A stretch of 64,000 nt of DNA from Candidatus Neoclostridium roslinense (GTDB taxonomy: Bacteria > Bacillota > Clostridia > Christensenellales > Pumilibacteraceae): NCBI GenBank assembly GCA_904379005.1, contig CAJFHH010000014.1, positions 13,556 to 77,555 of the forward strand, given 5' to 3'. The notes below the pieces were generated by a model that saw only the letters and a list, made by a program, of their open reading frames with translations, searched no databases and was not told the origin of the DNA. Shown one piece after another: positions 58,589 to 64,000 of this stretch; positions within the stretch are counted from its first letter, which is position 1; each line of letters opens with the position of its first letter. Made by a program: the position numbers and the translations under genes.

Positions 58589-59539
58589 TCACTTGTTTTC
58601 GCTTTTTTTAATTTTATTTGCGCGGGGAGCGGTGTTGCGTTCCCAAAACACACCGTCATTGTACCCTTGAATGGTCTTGTCCCATTCGGCGTCTTCCAGC
58701 CGTTTTTCCGCCCATGCGCAGTACAGCGGACTTTTTTCTATGCCGGTGTAGTGCCGGCCTAATTTTTTCGCCGTTACCGATGTGCTGCCCGAACCCAAAA
58801 ACGGATCCAGCACGAGATCGCCCGCGTCCGAACTTGCCAAAATGAGCTTTGCCAGGAGTTTTTCGGGCTTTTGCGTGGGATGGGAGGTATTTTCCGCCAT
58901 CGACCAGTAAGGAACGGAAATATCGTCCCAAAAGTTGGACGGACAGGTGTCGCGGAAATTGCCGCAGGGCGTTTGCTCCCAGTCTTTCGGCGCTCCCTTG
59001 TCGCGATAGGGAGCGATGACGCGTCTTCGCATTTTTACGTCGCTCAGGTTAAAGACATAGTCGTCGGAAACGGTACAGAACCAAATGTCCTCCATGGCGT
59101 TTTTCCAATTTTTTTTACAGCCGCGCCCCTTTTCGCGCTGCCAGGTAATGCGGTTGCGCACGATAAGCAGCTTGTCGAGCGCTTGGCTTATTGCGCCGGA
59201 CGAACGCCAGTCGCAGCACACATATACGGACGCGTCGCGTTTTAAGAGCGGCAGAGCGGCGGAAAGCCAGCTTACGGTGTAGTTTAGATAGTCGTCGTAG
59301 CTGAGCTTTTTGAATTTTTCGCCGTCGAACCGCTTGTCCATATTGTACGGCGGATCGGCTATCATCAAATCGAATATGCCGCACGGCAGCTTTTTAAGTA
59401 CGTCGAACGTGTCGCCGACAATGGTTTTGTCGATGATTTTCTCGGCAGTCAAAGTATCGTCCGCCGTGATGCAGTTTTTAAGATACCGTTGTCCTTCCTG
59501 TATATTAAAGTCGATGGTTTTGTTTCTTTTTGATTTCAT
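58589..59539 (-). CDS. Beta-class N6-adenine/N4-cytosine DNA methyltransferase (N6_N4_Mtase family), apparently orphan
   Basis: Motif IV DPPYN (MIADPPYNMD) precedes motif I (DPFLGSGSTSVTA), and HPTQKPEKL is present. The start was moved to ATG 59539. No endonuclease-like neighbour was found. Confidence 0.85.
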   Translation of the reverse strand: MKSKRNKTIDFNIQEGQRYLKNCITADDTLTAEKIIDKTIVGDTFDVLKKLPCGIFDLMIADPPYNMDKRFDGEKFKKLSYDDYLNYTVSWLSAALPLLKRDASVYVCCDWRSSGAISQALDKLLIVRNRITWQREKGRGCKKNWKNAMEDIWFCTVSDDYVFNLSDVKMRRRVIAPYRDKGAPKDWEQTPCGNFRDTCPSNFWDDISVPYWSMAENTSHPTQKPEKLLAKLILASSDAGDLVLDPFLGSGSTSVTAKKLGRHYTGIEKSPLYCAWAEKRLEDAEWDKTIQGYNDGVFWERNTAPRANKIKKSENK

Positions 59540-59594
59540 GACCTTTCCGTATGCGCTGTTTCGGCGCAAAGTAATATAAAAAATTGCTTTTATG

Positions 59595-60461
59595 TCAGTG
59601 TTCGGCCGAGGTTTTTTGCGGCGCGTCGAAAGATATCGCTTTTTCGTCCGCGTCCGGCGACAGATACTTCGAGTAGCTTATCTTGCGGTATTCGTCGGGA
59701 GTGATGAGCACGGCTTTTTTGAAGTGGCGGTCTAAGTGCGACTGCGACGAAAACCCGCATTCGTAAGCAATGTCGCTAAGACGCTTGTTGGTGGAGGCGA
59801 GCAGCTTTTTGGCGTTGTTGAGACGTATGTTCAAGAGGTATTTGAGCGGCGTAATACCCATTATTTCGCAAAAAACCCTGTGAAAGTACGTGGGCGCGTA
59901 ACCCGCCAGCGACGCCAGCTTGCCAAGCGTTATCTTTTCGCCGAAATGTTCCTGCATATATTGCAGACTGCCCGAAATAAAGCGGTCGTCGCCCTTGGGG
60001 TACAGGCGTATATAGTTGCTGTTTTTCACGCAGTCGCGGCCGATATAAAAAAACAGCTCCATGAGTTTTGCCGTCACGAAATCACAGTTCTCGTCGCCGC
60101 CGGTTTGTAAAAACAGCACCAGGTCCTGAAAGATGTTTTTATATCTTTCGGAGTCGATAAGCTGGAAATAGTTGGGCGCTTTTTTTAAAAGGTCCGTATA
60201 TGCGCACGGCTCGTCGAAGCGGAAATGAAAAAAATAGCACTTGAAATGCAAATAACTCGAGCACCGCTGCCCGGGTTTTCTCAACAGAAAAGTGTTGGGT
60301 TTAAGGGCGTAGCGCGCGTCGTTTATTACGGACGTGGCGTCGGAGGAAATGATGTATTCGAACTCGAAATATTCGACTTTGCGCTCTTCGGTTTTTTTGA
60401 CCGAGGGAAATACCGCCGCCGAATCGAAAACGCCGTATTTGATTATTTTGCCCAGTGCCAT
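59595..60461 (-). CDS. AraC family transcriptional regulator
   Basis: C-terminal double HTH (LASLAGYAPTYFHRVFCEIMGITPLKYLLNIRLNNAKKLL...GFSSQSHLDRHFKK) and an N-terminal cupin-like sensor. Confidence 0.88.
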   Translation of the reverse strand: MALGKIIKYGVFDSAAVFPSVKKTEERKVEYFEFEYIISSDATSVINDARYALKPNTFLLRKPGQRCSSYLHFKCYFFHFRFDEPCAYTDLLKKAPNYFQLIDSERYKNIFQDLVLFLQTGGDENCDFVTAKLMELFFYIGRDCVKNSNYIRLYPKGDDRFISGSLQYMQEHFGEKITLGKLASLAGYAPTYFHRVFCEIMGITPLKYLLNIRLNNAKKLLASTNKRLSDIAYECGFSSQSHLDRHFKKAVLITPDEYRKISYSKYLSPDADEKAISFDAPQKTSAEH

Positions 60462-60608
60462 AATGCGCTTCCTTTTTGTGTATAATTAAATTATAATAAA
60501 TTTTTCCGCAATTGTCAAAATAAATAATAAGATTATGCAAAACAGAGTTTAAATCGTGGTAGATAAAAAAGCGCGCCGGCGGTATAATAAAATAATCAGG
60601 AGGGATAT

Positions 60609-61769
60609 ATGTTAGTTACGGATGTCAAAACGTTTGTCGTCGACTGTTACAGAACCAACTGGGTGTTTGTAAAAGTGTACACCGACGAAGGCATAAGCGG
60701 AGTGGGCGAAGGCACTCTCGAATATAAGGAAAAAGCGCTTGTCGGCGCCGTCGAGCACATAAAGAGTTATCTTGTCGGAAAGGATCCGCGCGATATCGAA
60801 AAACACTGCCATGCCGTTTACAGGGACGCGTATTGGCGGGGCGGAGCGGTGCTTATGAGCGCGCTTTCGGCGCTAGAGATGGCACTGTGGGATATACTCG
60901 GCAAAAGCCTCGGCGTGCCGGTTTATCGTCTTCTCGGCGGAAAAGTCAACGACGACTGCCGCATCTACGTCAACGGCTGGTTTTCGGGCGCAAAGCAGCC
61001 CGGCGAGTTTGCCGAAAAAGCCAAAGAGGCGGTAAAGCGCGGCGTTACGGCGCTAAAATGGGATCCCTTCGGGAAGGCATATCTGCGAATAAGCAATGCC
61101 GACCTCGATAAAGCGCTGCAATGCGTGGCGGCGGTGCGCGAGGCGGTGGGAAAAAACGTCGATCTGATGATAGAGGGGCACGGACGTTTTGACGTTCCCA
61201 CGGCCGTCATGATAGCAGGCGAGCTGGCTCAGTTTAAGCCCATGTGGTTTGAAGAACCCGTTCCGCCCGACAATCTGCAGGCGCTTAAAGCCGTAAAGGA
61301 CAAGTCGCCGGTGGCAATCGCCGCGGGTGAAAGACTGTACACGCGCTACAATTACCGCGAACTGTTTGCCGGACGAGCGAGCGATTATATTCAGCCCGAC
61401 GTGTCGCACGCGGGCGGTATTATGGAGCTAAAAAAGATTGCGGCGACGGCGGAATCGGAATATATAGCTTTTGCGCCGCACAACCCCAGCGGACCGGTGG
61501 CCAACGCGGCGACGCTGCAGCTTGCCGCATGCTGTCCTAACTTCTGTATTCTCGAAATAATGTATTCGGACGTCGCATACAGAAAGTATATCACCGACGA
61601 AAAACTCGAGTATTCGGACGGAAGAATAAAAATAGGCGATAAACCCGGCTTGGGAGTGGAACTTAATGAAGAGGCTTGTCTAATGCACCCCTACAAAGAG
61701 CATACGCTCAGGCATTATACAGGCGCGCTCACCGATATTCGTCCGCCGAAATCGGAATTCTATTTTTAA
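60609..61769 (+). CDS. Enolase-superfamily dehydratase (mandelate racemase/muconate lactonizing enzyme family, galactonate/mannonate dehydratase-like)
   Basis: N-terminal capping domain (VKVYTDEGISGVGEGT), KWDPFG, FEEPVPP and the IQPDVSHAGG barrel motifs. RBS AGGAGGG. Confidence 0.85.
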   Translation: MLVTDVKTFVVDCYRTNWVFVKVYTDEGISGVGEGTLEYKEKALVGAVEHIKSYLVGKDPRDIEKHCHAVYRDAYWRGGAVLMSALSALEMALWDILGKSLGVPVYRLLGGKVNDDCRIYVNGWFSGAKQPGEFAEKAKEAVKRGVTALKWDPFGKAYLRISNADLDKALQCVAAVREAVGKNVDLMIEGHGRFDVPTAVMIAGELAQFKPMWFEEPVPPDNLQALKAVKDKSPVAIAAGERLYTRYNYRELFAGRASDYIQPDVSHAGGIMELKKIAATAESEYIAFAPHNPSGPVANAATLQLAACCPNFCILEIMYSDVAYRKYITDEKLEYSDGRIKIGDKPGLGVELNEEACLMHPYKEHTLRHYTGALTDIRPPKSEFYF

Positions 61770-61845
61770 TTTACAATAAAAAGGATATCAAGGCCGCAAT
61801 TGCGCGCCAAATGTAGTAAAATTTATATCCGGAGACAACAGCATC

Positions 61846-62640
61846 ATGAAAAATAAAACGGTTTTAGTGACGGGCGCCTGCATAAATACGGGCGTAGCAA
61901 TAGTGGAAAAATTCGCCTCGGAAGGCTATGACGTCGTCTTTACGGGGCGCAGTAAGGCGAAAGTGGAGGAGGCGGAGCAGGCATACCGCGACAAATTCCC
62001 CGGGGCGGACATATCGGGATACGAGCTGGAATCGCTTAAAGCCGACGGCTGCGTCGATGAGGAAAGCGTTTGCCAACTGTTTGACGGCCTGGACAAAAAA
62101 GGCGTTTTTATACAATGTCTTGTACTCAACGCCGCCGACCAGGGACTGGGGCAGGAGATTTTCGTGTCGTCCCTTACGGACTTTATAAAGGTGATAAACA
62201 CCAACGTCGTATGGAATTTCGCGCTGGCGCAGCAAGCCGCCTTACGCATGAAACAAAACGGCGGCGGCAGCATAATCTTCATTAATTCCAACACGGCGTA
62301 CCGGGCCATTCCCAATCGTATCGCGTATTCGGCGTCAAAGGGCGGCCAACTGGGAATGATGCGCGCTCTCGCGTTGGATCTGGGCAAGTACAACATACGC
62401 GTAAACGCGGTGCTGCCGGGAATGATACGCACCGACAGATGGCAGAAAAACCCCGAGTGGTACAAAACCGTTCCGTCGGCGTTTACTCCCATAGGCGACG
62501 TGGCGGACGGAGCGGATATAGCCGAAGGCGTGTGGTATTTTGCCGCCCATGCCCGCAACACCACGGGCGCAGAGCTTGTCATAGACGGGGGTAACACCAT
62601 CCAGCTGTACCCCATTATTCCCAAGGACGGCGAAAAGTAA
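61846..62640 (+). CDS. Short-chain dehydrogenase/reductase (SDR) family oxidoreductase
   Basis: VLVTGACINTGVAI nucleotide-binding motif, NNAA-like LNAAD, and catalytic YSASKGG (YxxxK). Confidence 0.85.
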   Translation: MKNKTVLVTGACINTGVAIVEKFASEGYDVVFTGRSKAKVEEAEQAYRDKFPGADISGYELESLKADGCVDEESVCQLFDGLDKKGVFIQCLVLNAADQGLGQEIFVSSLTDFIKVINTNVVWNFALAQQAALRMKQNGGGSIIFINSNTAYRAIPNRIAYSASKGGQLGMMRALALDLGKYNIRVNAVLPGMIRTDRWQKNPEWYKTVPSAFTPIGDVADGADIAEGVWYFAAHARNTTGAELVIDGGNTIQLYPIIPKDGEK

Positions 62641-62741
62641 AAGCCCGTTGTTTCGCCCGCAAAAAGTGAAATAAAGGACGCGCCATTAAAAATTAACGGC
62701 GGAAACGATGCTCTACGCCGCTGATAGCAAAACAAAAAAAG

Positions 62742-62772
62742 ACCGCGAGCAATTGTGCTTTGCGGTTTTTTT
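62742..62772 (+). terminator. Rho-independent terminator after the SDR gene
   Basis: ACCGCGAGCA attg TGCTTTGCGGT followed by TTTTTTT. Confidence 0.55.
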
Positions 62773-63186
62773 CGGCACAATAAAACGTGCGTTTAAGGCG
62801 GCAAGTCGCCTGCGTCTTAATGTTGCGCGGTTTAATAAAAACCTTTTTCGGCGCAAAAAGGGCATGGCGCCGCGGCAAGAAAAGAGCCTGTCTTTTATGC
62901 CTAACGTCCGGCGGCGTTTTACGCTGCCTGTATCGCCCCGCGCCGCAGAATTTTGATATTAAATTTTATTATACAAAAAAAATACACCCGGCTTTTCGTC
63001 CTGCGGCAAACGCGATAAATAATATTTATATTTTTGGCGCATGCCGCGCTCAAAACCGCGCGCAATTCCGATATATCGCACGGATAAAGACGGGAAATTT
63101 TCAGTATCCGGACAAACGCGATAAGAATTTTGCAATTTTTACAGATAAAAAACTGACAGACGTTAAAAATATATGCAATTGTCGAC

Positions 63187-63215
63187 TTGCAAAAAAGCGC
63201 GATAAGTAGTATAAT
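63187..63215 (+). promoter_or_regulatory. Sigma-A type promoter for the DUF4011-like helicase gene, with a repeat motif inside the spacer
   Basis: TTGCAA (63187-63192), 17-nt spacer, TATAAT (63210-63215). The spacer contains AAAGCGCGATAA, which is related to two upstream CAAACGCGATAA copies. Confidence 0.5.
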
Positions 63216-63253
63216 ATTTATCGGCGGTTACAACGGCGTTTTACGGAGGAGCG

Positions 63254-64000
63254 ATGAAAAGTATTTATACATATTACAAAGAGCGGCTTATAGAAATAGG
63301 CGGAAAGAACAGGAGTTTATATATCCGTTCTTTGGGAAAGAAAACCGGATACGACCTCGGACGACTTTTTGTCGGGGATGACGCGCGCGCCGAAGAATTT
63401 TTTGACTTTCTCTGGTCGGGAAGACGCGACGCATTGACAGTCATCTCTCCCAAGATTTCGGCCTTAAAAAAGATATTTGCCGCCTGTGCGGACACAGCTG
63501 CGGACGATAAGCGCCGCAAAAGTCCTACGTTTGTCTCCTTGCTGGAAAAAGAAGCCGACTACATAAGCGCCTTAAAACATGAGGCGGAGGACGTGGAGAA
63601 GGAGACGGGGCGTTACGAGTTGTTTGTGGGCTATCCCTTCGTGTGCGGCGCCGTAAAAGACCTGCCGATAAAAGCTCCGCTTATATTTTTCCCGGTGGAA
63701 GTGGAGATTTCCGAGCGCAATACGGTGACGATTTGCGCCAAGCGCGGCGAACGCGTGCGTCTCAATCAGGCGCTTATATTCGCCTATGCCCAGGCGAAAA
63801 ATCTGGATCTGGACGAAATGGAAACCGACTTTGACAACTTGCGCCGGGCGGGACTGAGCGACGAAAAAGCCGTTTTGTCATACCTTAAAAAATACGGCAT
63901 TAACCTGCGGCTTTCCGACAAAGAAAAACTGACGCCTTTTGCCTCTCTTTCCGACCAGGACGGCGGCGCTTTGACGATTAAAAAATCGTGCGTTCTCATG
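63254..64000 (+). CDS. N-terminal part of a DUF4011-type protein (large SF1 helicase-related family), truncated by the window end
   Basis: This ORF is not in the supplied track because it has no stop. Hand translation is open for 249 codons: MKSIYTYYKERLIEIGGKNRSLYIRSL...ETGRYELFVGYPFVCGAVKDLPIKAPLIFFPVEVEISE.... The GKNRSLY and G..LF.GYPF....aPLif.PVe patterns match my recollection of DUF4011. RBS GGAGGA. Confidence 0.55.
   Translation, partial: MKSIYTYYKERLIEIGGKNRSLYIRSLGKKTGYDLGRLFVGDDARAEEFFDFLWSGRRDALTVISPKISALKKIFAACADTAADDKRRKSPTFVSLLEKEADYISALKHEAEDVEKETGRYELFVGYPFVCGAVKDLPIKAPLIFFPVEVEISERNTVTICAKRGERVRLNQALIFAYAQAKNLDLDEMETDFDNLRRAGLSDEKAVLSYLKKYGINLRLSDKEKLTPFASLSDQDGGALTIKKSCVLM

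Overview
This is a chromosomal segment from a Firmicute, probably a spore-forming member of the Clostridia. The evidence is spmA/spmB, a BclA-style collagen-like gene, strong AGGAGG-type ribosome-binding sites (RBS) and many near-consensus TTGACA-17-TATAAT promoters. This taxonomic call is a judgement by eye, not a computation. Most of the window is core genome: a partial oppF-like ABC ATPase, metG-tatD, gyrB-gyrA, secA-prfB-tsaD-mnmA, sdaA, malQ, mntP, a darA-ktrB-ktrA operon, a Na/Pi cotransporter, a MATE pump, a CNNM/CorC protein and copA. It also holds carbohydrate genes (GH3, GH43, SGNH, GH77, an enolase-family dehydratase plus SDR with an AraC regulator), initiator tRNA-fMet, tRNA-Thr(GGU) and tmRNA. 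The best candidate for an undescribed system is a translationally coupled gene pair at 39883-42863, in a small AT-flanked insertion just downstream of tRNA-Thr. The first gene encodes a McrB-family AAA+ GTPase whose usual N-terminal DNA-reader domain is replaced by about four transmembrane helices. The second encodes a McrC/DUF2357-like partner that ends in a CxxC...CxxC zinc ribbon. The same insertion carries an orphan sigma-70 region-4 protein and a 254-nt element made of nested long-range inverted repeats. Other points worth a second look:
- A DUF4011-type helicase gene starts at 63254 and is cut by the window end. An exact 12-mer occurs twice upstream of it, and a one-mismatch third copy lies inside its promoter.
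- A 2557-aa lipoprotein combines an S8 protease, a PA domain, Big_2 domains and a leucine-rich repeat (LRR) array.
- A collagen-like gene has its Gly-X-Y frame broken by a 19-nt deletion inside a 63-bp tandem repeat.
- The OppF ATPase is fused to an acidic linker and an unnamed C-terminal domain.
- There is an orphan beta-class DNA methyltransferase.

All family assignments rest on motif recognition from the translated ORFs; no database search was possible.
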